A stretch of DNA of 64,000 nt, from contig NMRA01000031.1 in NCBI GenBank assembly GCA_002633005.1, positions 1,025,004 to 1,089,003 on the forward strand, given 5' to 3'. A program made the position numbers and the translations under genes. The notes under the pieces were generated by a model. That model was not told where the DNA came from, ran no database searches, and saw nothing but the letters and a program-made list of their open reading frames with translations. Every line of letters begins with the position of its first letter. Within the stretch, counting starts at the first letter, position 1. The stretch comes from Phoronis australis. Lineage: Eukaryota; Animalia; Phoronida. This document shows, piece by piece, positions 37,379-49,108 of this stretch.

Positions 37379-40300
37379 GGACGGGGTAAGTAGCAGTTGA
37401 CGACCTTTTGGTTGAATTGTCCTCACAAATGTTTCGCTTTCCAGTGCTGATGAACTTCACGACGTTCACTTCCTGGTTTTTCAATTCTTAAGATTTTGCT
37501 TTGGGTGGTCCACTTACATTTCAAAATAGTTTAGCTTACCATAAAGAACACGCGTAAAATAAAGTGGTTAATGTTTCATTTATCACCTCTCCTATTGTTG
37601 GCAGTGTTCCAATATTTTGTAAGTGAGGAGACTGCATGGCTCGGTGATTTCAGCTGCGGACTCTCATCTCTCATCTGGGAGACCCATTCAAATAAATCCG
37701 TGACCTGATCTGCTGTGCGTGAACTTGGAATCCTGCTTAATCTCAAGATCGTGTACGCACGGACTAGGAATTGAATATTCATTAAGGGAATCGGGTGAAT
37801 TTTATATTTATTCCGGGTAAATTTTTTTTTGTAATTATTGGCCTCACGATCATGCATTTTCCTCTTAACTTGTGACAAAGAATCAGAGGAATATGTGATT
37901 GGTTAAGTCAATTATTGTTTGGTGAACAAGGTTGCCAATAGTTGAAAAAAGTTTGTTTAAAATTCACATTATATTGTGAAAATGTAATTTGATTTAGCGC
38001 AGTGCAAGTTTTTATCAACGTGAATGTGATTATTTGAGTGAACTTGGCAATGGCACTGGTCGGATATAGCGGTCCATGATTTAGAGAATCAGTTTCATCC
38101 ACTAAATAACGGGCCCATTATTCAGCGATTGCCTGGTTCTCTAAATCAGAGACCGCTATATCTGACCAGTGCCCTTGTCAATTGTCCTTGTGTATTCCAA
38201 GTTCACGCACACCTGATCTCGACATTAAGTAGGAGTTCACTCACATCAGACCCATCAAACTATGGTATTTGGCCACCGTTCTCGTTAGTCTATCGGGTGA
38301 CAGGTAATATTCTGTACTAGGCATATAGCTTGCCAACTGAGAGTTATCTCTGTGAGCTGAGGTAAAAACATTTTGATAATCACTAATCATGACAAAATCC
38401 AACTTGCCTATAAGTAAACGTGGTCTTTTCATTAGTGTTTTTTAATTTTTTAACATTTACAGTTCAGAGTTCGACATAATCCTTTAGGCTATGCAAATTT
38501 ACTGTACTTGTCATCATCCTAAAACATTTATTGCCAGCCATGCTTTCTTGCTAAAATGTCAACTTATTTAGGACAGTTGACCTACACAGTTTCCTTATTT
38601 ATGACAAACCTCTGAAATAGCCTAGTGATCTTAGTGTTCTTGTAAACAATATGTTTATAACTATTTCCTATTTTCATTTTTTGAATAATGATGAGAATTG
38701 ATTGAGCGTTCACAAGGAAGGAACATCACCCCTCCCCTCTATGGTAGTCCTGGCAATTGTAGTACGTGTCCTCGATAGGTATCACACCTGGACCAGCCAG
38801 ATACCCGTCTAAAATGACCTTGTAGGAATTAGCGACATTGCCATTGGCCCAAAAACTCAAGCTGTCATTCGAGAACTGTTACTGCCCCTGTGAACACTAC
38901 AACCATCCCTAGGCCATTTTTGTGACAAGTTAAAGGCTTAAATTTCAATACAACTTGTATTAACACACTGACTGCTAACCTTACCACTTCCACTCTTAGA
39001 AGACAGATAATATATCATCGAAACAAGAATTCAATATAGTTATGCTCACTGGATATTGTCACCAAATATAAACGAAAACAGATCAACCTACTTGTTTCAT
39101 GTTTTAGTTATCAAATGAAAATGTGATTATAATCTAATAGCATATGAAGTGTGCAGAATGAGGTCGTAATTATAGCGCAGACAAATGTGCAGTTGTAGTA
39201 GTTGAGACTAATGAAGCAGGATCTGTTAACTTTGAAAAGTGTTGGAACCAATGATTTTTAGATTTCAACGTGTTGATCGGGGCTCCAAGTATGACTGCTG
39301 TAATATTTTACCAGCATTTAAATTGGTCTGGCTAGACTGGCTGTGACTGAAAAACAAACACTCCGACGGTTAAGAGAAAGTTACGGGTTTGAGCCCAGGT
39401 TAAGGTGGAGGTCTTTTCAGATGTTCTGTAGTTTACATTATTTGATCAACGTATGGCGTGTATGAAGACTAATAATGTTTATAAATATATGAGTAAGATA
39501 CCCACTATTAAGTCTGATTGGATTTCTGTGTTTGACCAGTGGTCCCGATGGCTCAGTGGCTAGAGCATCTGCACATTGAGCAGAAGGTCTTGGGTTGGAG
39601 TCCCAGTCGGGGGCAGAAATCTTTTCGGACTTATATTCATTAGGTCATGTGATGTGACCAAAAAGATGGCGGATTGAATGGGATAAACCGTTTGCAACTA
39701 ATAATGTTGTACTTATGCCATATCAACGCGCTGATTTATAAAAGCACAAGTATATTTACATTGAGAAATTGCAACTGAATCTGAACAACAACTTTCTTCT
39801 TTTGTGACAAAAATGTGGCATAAACTTTGGTTGGAGTGAATGATGTGACTGTCTGTCAACCACTAAACTCTTTGATTCCAGCCGAGCTGGTCAAGTGTTC
39901 TTAAAATTATTGTGGTAGTTTTTTTGATGCTTTGACAAATTGCAAATGGGGCTTTTTCAATGTTGCAAGGTGAAATGTTACGAGGGGTTTGCTTTGCTGC
40001 AAAGAGTTACAAGACGATGATGTCCAAGGTTTATTAAATCCCTGGTCAACTGAAGTCCCAGAGTTATGTGGCACGCTGGTTTCAGTTATTGCACTTATAT
40101 GGTGTTTCCATGAGACACTAACAAATCATATCAAAGTGGTCATTACAAATACAAGGGAAACTATATGCATTCATCTTTACTCCTGATGACTGGCAAAAAC
40201 ACTTGTTTTGATGCCTGCCGGATATTTAAAACGATACCAAACCCAGTTTTGGACTATTAACAGATATTAACAACTTTCCCATCCAATTCTCCCCTCGTTA

Positions 40301-43300
40301 GCCCACAAAAGTTTGGAGCAAATTTTGAAATTTCCCTACAACGTCTGTTAAGCAGGCAAGTGTGAGCTACTCTTTAGGTGAGTAACCACGACAACTGTAG
40401 GGAAAGACCACCCACCGAGAACCGTGATATCCAGTGAGTAGATTTTAACTGAATTCTGCTTTTATCAAATGGCACGCCAGTCGCCAGTGATGCTTTAGAA
40501 TGTGACAGAATGAGGATTGGTTGAAATCACCAAAACGGGATTTAATATCCCTTTAACCATCACTTGCTGTACACCAAGAGCTGTCTTTATTACTAGTGCC
40601 ATGTAAAAGCGTTGGTCATTGATGTTAACTATAACGGCCAAGAATGATGAAAATAAAAACGATCAAATAATTATGTACTGTTCGTTTTGTATTTAAAATT
40701 CATTCAATAGGTATTAATCTGTGAATGTCACTGTTGTTTTCAGGTATACGAAGATGGGGTACGCGGGTAATACAGAACCCCAGTTCATTGTTCCATCGAG
40801 TATAGCAATAAAGGAGACGAGCAAAGTTGGGGATCAGTCTACAAGGAGACTTGGTAAAGGAGTTGAAGACTTGGACTTTTATATAGGCGACGAAGCATTA
40901 AGTGCCACAGGTTACTCTGTTATGGTAGGTTTACATATGTCTTGTGGCATTGGGTCTGTTGCTTTTGGTTTATCTTTTTTCTTTAAGTGTTCTTGTAAGT
41001 AATTTATTGTGGCTATAGAAATGTTTAAGCATACAAAGTTTGTCATATTTGTTTATAATTGCGTAATCACTAGATATTTTGAAGAGCAGACTTAGAGGGC
41101 AGATTAGGCATTATATCAGCTCTGACTCCAAAGAGCTGAATGTTCATTGGCATTTGAAAAAGGACTATTTGCACAGTTTCTGTCAGAAATGGAATTATCA
41201 GAAGAAAAATCCTGATGTGGTGGCAAAATAGTTGTTGAATATAATACTACTAGCAAAAACAAATTCACATTGATACTTATGGAACAGTGAAAGGTCTTAC
41301 CTGGTTACATTTAGCTTCTTTTTACCTGTCTGTAAGGATGATGAATCTGTCGTCTGCCACCCTGATGATCTCATATTGAAATTAGTAAATTAGTAGTGAC
41401 CCAAATGACAACTAAGAGAATGTATAGAGTTAATGAGGTCATTGCTAGATGGAAACTGCAAATGACGGAGTAGAAGGCAAACTGTAAAACGTTGAATTTC
41501 TAAATAATTATTTCGTTTGAAGCGCTTGATTTTTGTGCAGTTCTATTCACCTGATCACTGCTAAAGAATCTTATGATAAATTTCTTCGTATGATCATATT
41601 ATAGACAGGTGGGGGTCAATAATTGATATGCAATGCGAGTGATATGTGTTATTTTATCCTATGATTTCAGCCTATAGACTTCCAACCCAGGGTTGTATTA
41701 GTGACTAGGGATGATGTTTGTTTTCCGATCCTGACATCCTGCACTGTTTAGTTTAGTTCATTTCACTTTCTGTTCTCTTAATTAGGAGTTGATGTTCAAT
41801 GTGTATTCAAAGTCATGTGACTACAGTCATGGCGACGCTGCCATGTGATTAACGTTTGTGCTGATTTTAGTGGCCAATTAGACATGGTATTGTGGAAGAC
41901 TGGGATTTAATGGAGCGCTTTTACGAACAAGCCATCTTCAAGTACCTGAGGAGTGAGCCGGAAGACCATTATTTTCTGTTGGTAGGTAGTTCACTGCTGT
42001 GGGGCATATGGTGCTGTAATTCGATGTTAGATTGTTACATTCCATTAACTAAAATAACATCGTTTTATGGTGTTCTCACCATCAGACATGCCCCAGTGTA
42101 GAATGTAAGTGTTGTAATTTATTTTGGAATTCATAAATTATAAGCCCTTCGAATGCAAGCTTCGCCCGTTTACATGAATCGCGCCATGTGCCACACCAGG
42201 TGGTGCTAATGACGAGTGATTCCCTTATTTAGTATCTTTAGATTGACAGCGGAGAGCACTTCATCAGCAAAGGAGCGTTTGTGATAAGGGTGTCACATGA
42301 CCTGAATGGACGAATCTGTACGCTTGAAGACTTTGTTTTAAGTGCCACCTAATGAGTTTTGAGTTCCCGGCTGTGCTGAGCTGTCAATTCATCTGCATTT
42401 ACTGCAGACCTTGGTCAAGTTAATGAAGAAGTACTTGTGCCTAAGTCACGTCGTATTAACTTGTGTCTCTCTATTACTATTGTAGACTGAACCACCTCTT
42501 AACACACCGGAGAACAGAGAATACACAGCAGAAATTATGTTTGAAACATTCAATGTACCCGGGTTGTACATTGCTGTGCAGGTAAATGAACATAAAGGAA
42601 GGATACAGGCAGACTACTGGCGCTTTGCATGTATAGGTTTTGGAGTCAACCCCCTGCTGGCCATGCTGTCTTAGTATTTGGTATCACTGTCAGTTTAATG
42701 TATGAGTGTACCTATGGTTAATTGATATTGGTAAACTGACGAGTCAACCCAATGTTACTAAATGTAGATTCCATATCTCCCGTCAGATATTCTACTGTTC
42801 ATGATAGCTCATCAGTTTGAGAATGCAGAGATGTCTTGACGAGAAGTCAAATTCATGTTCTATAGGCAAGTGATATAAACTGCATTTATATTTGCATAAT
42901 ATGTGAATATTAAAATGAAACTTAAGAGAGAATCATTTTTATAAACTATGTTTGCCGCATTCTTTTGTGTGATTTTTCAAATTCATTCCATTATGAGCAT
43001 GACCTTCTACACTAGTTCAAATAGTGTTACTCTAACCAATATTTGGTCATTCTCACAGGCTGTGCTGGCATTGGCTGCGTCCTGGACGTCGCGTCAAGTT
43101 GGTGACCGTACACTCACGGGAACCGTCATTGACTCAGGTGACGGTGTTACTCACGTTATTCCTGTGGTAAGTCCTATTCACCAGAATGTTGATTTATTTG
43201 AATTGATCATTGGTGACTGCGTGTCTGTTAACCATCAAATTACTCAACCTGTGGTCAGGGTACGGTACTTTTCAAAATAAACTGAACAACGTTGAAATTT

Positions 43301-46300
43301 GCTTCGGTGCACAAAGTCGCGACTAAATATCTAGTTATGTTTGACTGTCATTCGTTTCAATTTGAGCTGAATTTTGACAAAATCTTGACAGGTGTTGCTC
43401 CATCCACATGGTCAAAATCACAACAACTTGCTGTGTAAGTTCATTACGTAAATAAACAAGTAGTGGCCAGGCACAATAAACTTCAACAAAAGTTCAACCA
43501 AAACACTATTTTATTTTGACAAGGGTTTGATGAAACTGCCAAATGATTGTGTCCAGATGTTTATCAAAGTCGGGCAGAGTTCTGTCGAAGTCTGTTTACT
43601 TTATTTTGAAAACAATAATAGTTTAGTTTTAAAGTTTGATTTCATAGCCGTTTGCATTACTTAACGATATTATAATTCATTGGTCAGTAACAATTGTCCA
43701 TGTAACACACAAATATGTCACTCAAGAAGTTTGTGATTTTCAAAACATAGATTATAAATCAGTTTAAATATGTGGCCAGGTGCTTTAACCAAAGGGTGTA
43801 CATATTGTTTACTACATCTTGTACCGTAAGTTGAATACATGTCCTCAAAGTTTAGTTTGTATCCTGTTCTAGATTTAATATACATTGTCCTGTAAGTTTA
43901 ATACATCTTGTGCTTTGAGTTTCGTACATATTTTGTGCTTCAAGCGTTTAATGTGAGTTATAAAATACACAATCTTTGTTCTAGGCTGACGGCTACGTTA
44001 TTGGAAGTTGTATCAAGCATATCCCTATTGCTGGCCGTGATATCACTTACTTCATTCAGCAGTTACTGAGGGACAGGGAAGTTGGCATTCCACCTGAACA
44101 GTCGCTAGAGACAGCCAAAGCTATTAAGGTAAACACTGTTATCTCAGTCTTAACTTCCTAAATGGACTGTTAATGTACTGACACAGGGAGGAGTTTGTTG
44201 TTGCAAAATGTGCTGACATGCTCAGATAGATAAACCCAATGCCCCTGTAGTGCATGGCTGGAATGAGATATTTTATTTGAGTCAGGTGAAAATCTGACTA
44301 GTACAAAGGGCCAAATGCATAAACCAGAATAGCTAAACTACTCAGTTCTTATAACACTTCCAAGTGTTTACCTTAAAAAATAGCAGAATTTTTAAGGCCT
44401 TTGTGTTGACGCATCCTTCCTCTTCAGTGTAGGTGGCGCTGTGTGTAATAATACGCCATACAGCACCATCTACACTGAAGGGGAAGGCATAGTTAACACC
44501 AAGGCCTTGGTGTTGACTCTTCCTTCCTCTTCAGCGTAGGTGGCGCTGCATGTACGAACACCTCATACAGCACCATCTACACTGAAGTGGAAGGCATAGT
44601 TATCACAAAGGCCTTCAAAAACTCCTATCGACTTTTAATATAAACCTTTGTATGCAGTTTAAGAACTGAGTAGTGTAATCATGATGAGATGGCGAACTAG
44701 AGTAACCGTATCAGGTAATGTTGTCGAAGTTGAGCAACAATCCGACCTATGCATGTTCAATCGATGTCAGTTTTACTGTAGCTAAACATTTTGTCTGTAC
44801 GTAGTCTACTTCTAGGATAGTAAGAACTTGTGTCATGTTGCAAATTTTTTGGTTTATTCAAAGTTTCTTCCCTAAATTAGTTTGAAATACTGATTAACTA
44901 ATATGCAAACTTGTGTGTTATGTTCATTCCATGCAAGCAGTGCTGTATATGACAACGTAGGTTAGTTGTAAGTAAAATGTAGTATTTACTTGGGTTAACA
45001 ACAGTCCTGTGCTTATGTGTTTGATATCCTGGTACAACAGAATGCAGGCATTCTAAAGTGAATGTTCTGTAAATCGTGGAATGGACGATCACATGAGCAA
45101 ACGCGGCACATTGTCTTGAATTAACCTCAACTCATTATTCTCACTTCTCAGGAACGATTCTGCTACGTGTGTCCCGATGTTGTTAAAGAATTCACGAAGT
45201 ATGACAAAGAGCCATCAAAGTGGTTAAAACTGTACGAAAGTATTAACTCTGTTACCAAGCAGAAGTTCTCCGTGGATGTAGGCTATGAGAGATTTCTGGG
45301 TCCCGAGATATTTTTCCACCCAGAGGTAAAGTATTGGGAGTTTCCATGTCAGAACATTTGTAAAAAAAGCTAGCTGTTGTTACAGTATCGTCACTATGTA
45401 GAGTGTTTTGGATCTTGGGTATACTGTCCAATATTTTTGTGTGATATTCATAATTCATTAATTTTTTTCGTTGTATATTTCACGAAGTTTATATTTTCCT
45501 TCATACCAAAAGATATTGCAGTTGGTACTGTTGTTTTCATTTATCTGATTTTTATCAATGTGGTCAAGAACGTAGCTTATGCTGTCTATATAGAGCACTT
45601 AAGGAACATCGGGTTTAAGAAGATTTAAGTTAACAGTTTTTACCAAAGGTTGGACAGGTTGTGCAATTTTTGTTTCTTCGTTTTATTCAGTCCAGAATAG
45701 ATTAAACGCACGACACTTTTCATTGTTACTCTTGTTTGCGTGACTTTCCTGTTACCTTCCTTCATTAGTCATTCTTTGCAGTATTTCACACCCGCCGTGT
45801 CCCACTGTGTTTGTCATTAGCTTATGCTCTGTGGTGGAATTACTGCGTCATTTTATCTTCACTTGAGAATGAAACAAGTATGTTTCGAAATATCGTGTAC
45901 CTTTTAACTATGTCGCTAGGTCAGTTACTTTATCTATGTTCAGTTGAGAGTAGAGTTTTTTCCGAATGTATGAATGTAACGGAATAAAGACTGTCAACAA
46001 TGGAAAGTGTCGTGCGTTTAATCTATTCTTTATTCAGTCCCAAAAACTCGAAACTTACGAGTTCGCATCATTGTTATCTGTCACATTCTTAAACAATCGT
46101 CTTTCAGTTCTCCAATCCTGACTTCACCACACCAATCTCAGAAACTGTTGACATGGTAATACAGAACTGTCCTATTGACACTCGTAGAGGCCTCTACAAG
46201 GTTTGTACCCTCTGTTTTAATATTACCTTGGTAACATTCGATTACACAATGAAAATTCTAATATTGTATTGAAGGAATTATTGATACCTTAGTCAAGAAT

Positions 46301-47903
46301 GTTCACAGCTTGTTCGCGGTCTAACTAGCCGTTGGTGTGTCACTAGAGGTTGTGAGTGAAACCATGGGTTTTGTTTTTAAGGCCAGGTTCTTGTGAATGA
46401 GACAAGGTCATGCAAAGTGGTGAATCGGGTTCTAATGAAGACTAGCAGGAATTTGATACAATTCACGTCCTCTGACTGTGGACAAGAAATGAAACTTATG
46501 ATTAAATCGTCATGGAATTTGTGATTTTCAGCTGCGTTATTAGAATCTGCATTATGTAATGTAATTTACTACTCAACAAAAATCATTACTGCTAAGTATT
46601 TAGTTCAATTATAGTTGATGATTTTTAGATTGTGTTTTAGATGTTTTACTGTGTAGTTTAAGAGTGGGTAGTATTTCGATAGTAACATAACGTAGAACAT
46701 TTGTTGTACGATATTCACTCTTAATATTTTGTTTCAGAATGTTGTACTGTCCGGTGGTTCCACTATGTTCCGCGATTTCGGGCGACGTCTTCAACGAGAT
46801 CTAAAGCGCACAGTTGACTCTAGGTTGAAAATCAGCGAGGAACTGAGTGGCGGTAGAATAAAGGTGAGACTACAGTGGCGCAGGTGTTTTGGTACTCAGG
46901 GGTGTTGGTAGTGTGAGACTACAGGTGGAGCACGTGTTTTGTACTCATGATAGGCTAATCATTATTTTGATTTGTATGTTAAGGCTTTCACACTCAGTCA
47001 AATCAAAGGCATCAAAATTGCTGCAGTTGCGAGCTTTTACTTGAATGAGCTCTTCTACCCAAACTTGATGAAATACCCTGCAATGGTGTTTTACCCTGGG
47101 AATTTGTTAAAGCCATCTGAATTTCCTGTATGGACCTGAACATTTGTAATTTTTGTAGATTGTGTTCTTCTTGCTCACTAGAGCAGACTATCACTGATGT
47201 ACATAGTTGATACATTTTATATTCTACATTTCAGCCCAAACCAATAGATGTACAAGTGATCACTCACCAAATGCAACGATACGCTGTCTGGTTCGGTGGC
47301 AGTATGCTGGCGTCAACTGTAAGTGTCTTCTGTATATTCTCAGTGTACGAATTCTGTGATCTTGCGCACAAGCTACGATGTCACTGTTCACTAGCGGCAC
47401 CTGTACAGTTGACCCATTTTCCTTCTAGTATATACTGAGTGTAGTTTGTGTCATTAGATCTTGACTTTAGCTGTTGCACTTGGTGAACCAATGCCAAAAC
47501 TACTATGTCAACAATTATACTTAAGAAAGCTGTTGAATAGCTCTTCAGTGCTGAAATTTTTTTTCGTACTACTAGACTTTAAAATAAATAACAGAATTTC
47601 CTGTCCAAAATCCCTAGTAACGTGAAACTGAGATTAGCTCAAGTTCCTACTAGACATTTAATCATGATGCTCTCATTATGCTGTTTTTGTTGTTTCCTGT
47701 TATGGTCTAAAACAAAAAGTTAAGAGTAAAACGTCAGCAATTCCACTTCATTGATCTCCATCAATCTCGGATGTGTTCTTTACGTGTCCACGTTCTTATT
47801 GCTACAGCCTGAATTCTATCAAGTTTGCCACACCAAGAAGGACTATGATGAGCATGGACCAAGCATTTGTCGTCATAACCCTGTGTTTGGAACTATGTCA
47901 TAG
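37342..47903 (+). CDS. ACTR3: Actin-related protein 3 (Arp2/3 complex), 11 exons, 418 aa
   Basis: Exons 37342-37385, 40744-40924, 41871-41981, 42486-42581, 43059-43166, 43985-44128, 45152-45325, 46108-46200, 46738-46863, 47235-47318, 47808-47903 total 1257 nt. Protein: [29 protein letters not shown]...[12 protein letters not shown]...[11 protein letters not shown]. Confidence 0.99.
38051..38174. mobile_element. ~120-bp palindromic MITE, copy 2
   Basis: TIRs ggcactggtcggatatagcggtc / gaccgctatatctgaccagtgcc. Same family as 13818-13934. Confidence 0.8.
39542..39640 (+). mobile_element. tRNA-derived SINE head / tRNA pseudogene
   Basis: A cloverleaf can be drawn (gtcccga..gctc-agtggcta-gagc, tctgc-acattga-gcaga, ttggg-ttggagt-cccag), but the anticodon loop lacks U33 and the T-loop is TTGGA, so it is not a functional tRNA. 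Confidence 0.65.
44336..44675. mobile_element. Palindromic MITE with (C)ACTA termini and TA TSD, containing two tandem ~107-bp hairpin units
   Basis: TA|aactactcagttctta ... taagaactgagtagtg|TA. Internal units: aaggcctt.gtgttgac..ccttcctcttcag.gtaggtggcgctg...cagcaccatctacactgaag..gaagg. Confidence 0.82.
45694..46029 (+). mobile_element. Short Penelope-like non-autonomous retroelement with inverted termini, 11-bp TSD and a hammerhead-like motif
   Basis: 34-bp inverted termini at 45694-45727 and 45996-46029. TSD ttattcagtcc at 45683-45693 and 46030-46040. Internal motif cac-ttgagaat-gaaac(aagtat)gtttc-gaaa-tatc-gtg. Confidence 0.75.
45860..45897 (+). ncRNA. Putative minimal type-I hammerhead ribozyme (variant core)
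   Basis: Stem I cac/gtg, core UUGAGAAU, stem II gaaac/gtttc, GAAA, palindromic vestigial stem III, and an AUC cleavage triplet. Confidence 0.55.
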
Positions 47904-49108
47904 AGTGAGGACCAGGTGCTCGCATTGAACAGTTGTTGGAGAAGCCTAGATGTCACGATCACAGTCTAACACAAATAGAGCTTCCTCGTTTATACTCTTC
48001 ACAGTTGTGCTTTTGCAGTTTTATAGAGGTTGCAACTTTATGCATAACGGTATTTGATATAAGTCGTTTTGTAACAATGTAAATTATGATCTCCTCAAAA
48101 TGAATGGTATGGTTAAAAAAAAAACTATGTTATGTAGAGATGTAATCATTGGTGAAATTGCATTGAATTCATATATATAAACCTGAATCTGAACCAGGAA
48201 GTTAATCACAAAATTTGACATGTACCCATTAGCCAATTTATCTTATCAAATGCTTGTACATAATATACAGTACTTCAAGTATCCCTCTGTTGTATCATGT
48301 CAAGGCTTGTAGAGTCAATACACAAACATATACCAATTCTTCAGCCAGTTTCACACAAAAACCAACCCAGTCGTTTTTCACAAGCTCATGAACTTGCTGC
48401 TAACCAAAATTTGACCAAATAATGTTCTGTGACCCCTGTATAGTATGGGCTGTTCTACTGAATTTGTAACATTTCTTAATATTTATCTTTGAGAAATTAG
48501 TGATGAAAGATTCCACTTATCCTCCATATTGTATTCTAAATACGCGAAGGATAACAACACACTTAATGGCACCCCGAAATAAAATAAAATTACAATGAAC
48601 ATTAAAATATTTATTCAAAATCCCAGGACACCAACATGTAAATAATAAATCTGTTGTTAGTCAATGTAGGATATCACAATTCACGTGACAAATGACCATG
48701 AATGTCAATTAGTAGGATCACGAATCAACCTGCCCAAGATGTTTAATATCAAAAGCATTGTATGAGAATACCATAAATCGCTAATCTCTGGCATAGAGAT
48801 ATACTTGGTAAATAATTGAACATTTCATGAGATGTGACCAACAGACGGTATGGAATAATTATAAAAAATACGTGCCATCATCAATGTCTGGTTAAAGGAT
48901 CCCTGGAGTCTTCCTCGACCTTGGTAATATCACGACAAGCAAAAGAGATATACAGTCTGCCAGATGTTCCTAGTAATTGCTAATATAAAACACAATAATT
49001 AATTGAAAAATGCGAGGGTACCAAAGCGGTGAACTTCTAGAATATTTGCAAATCAAACTTAGAAACACGGGTTGAATAACTAAACTTGTAGCCGTGGATA
49101 AAGCCATC

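Noticed and set aside
39542-39614. Functional tRNA gene
   Set aside because: Non-canonical anticodon and T loops, and a SINE-like tail shared with a decayed copy at ~39325-39425.
40627-40640. taactataacgg resembling the LSU rRNA / I-CeuI site
   Set aside because: Only a 12-nt match with no rRNA context.
41336-41402. Intronic box C/D snoRNA candidate
   Set aside because: No canonical terminal D box or terminal stem, and no recognisable rRNA guide.
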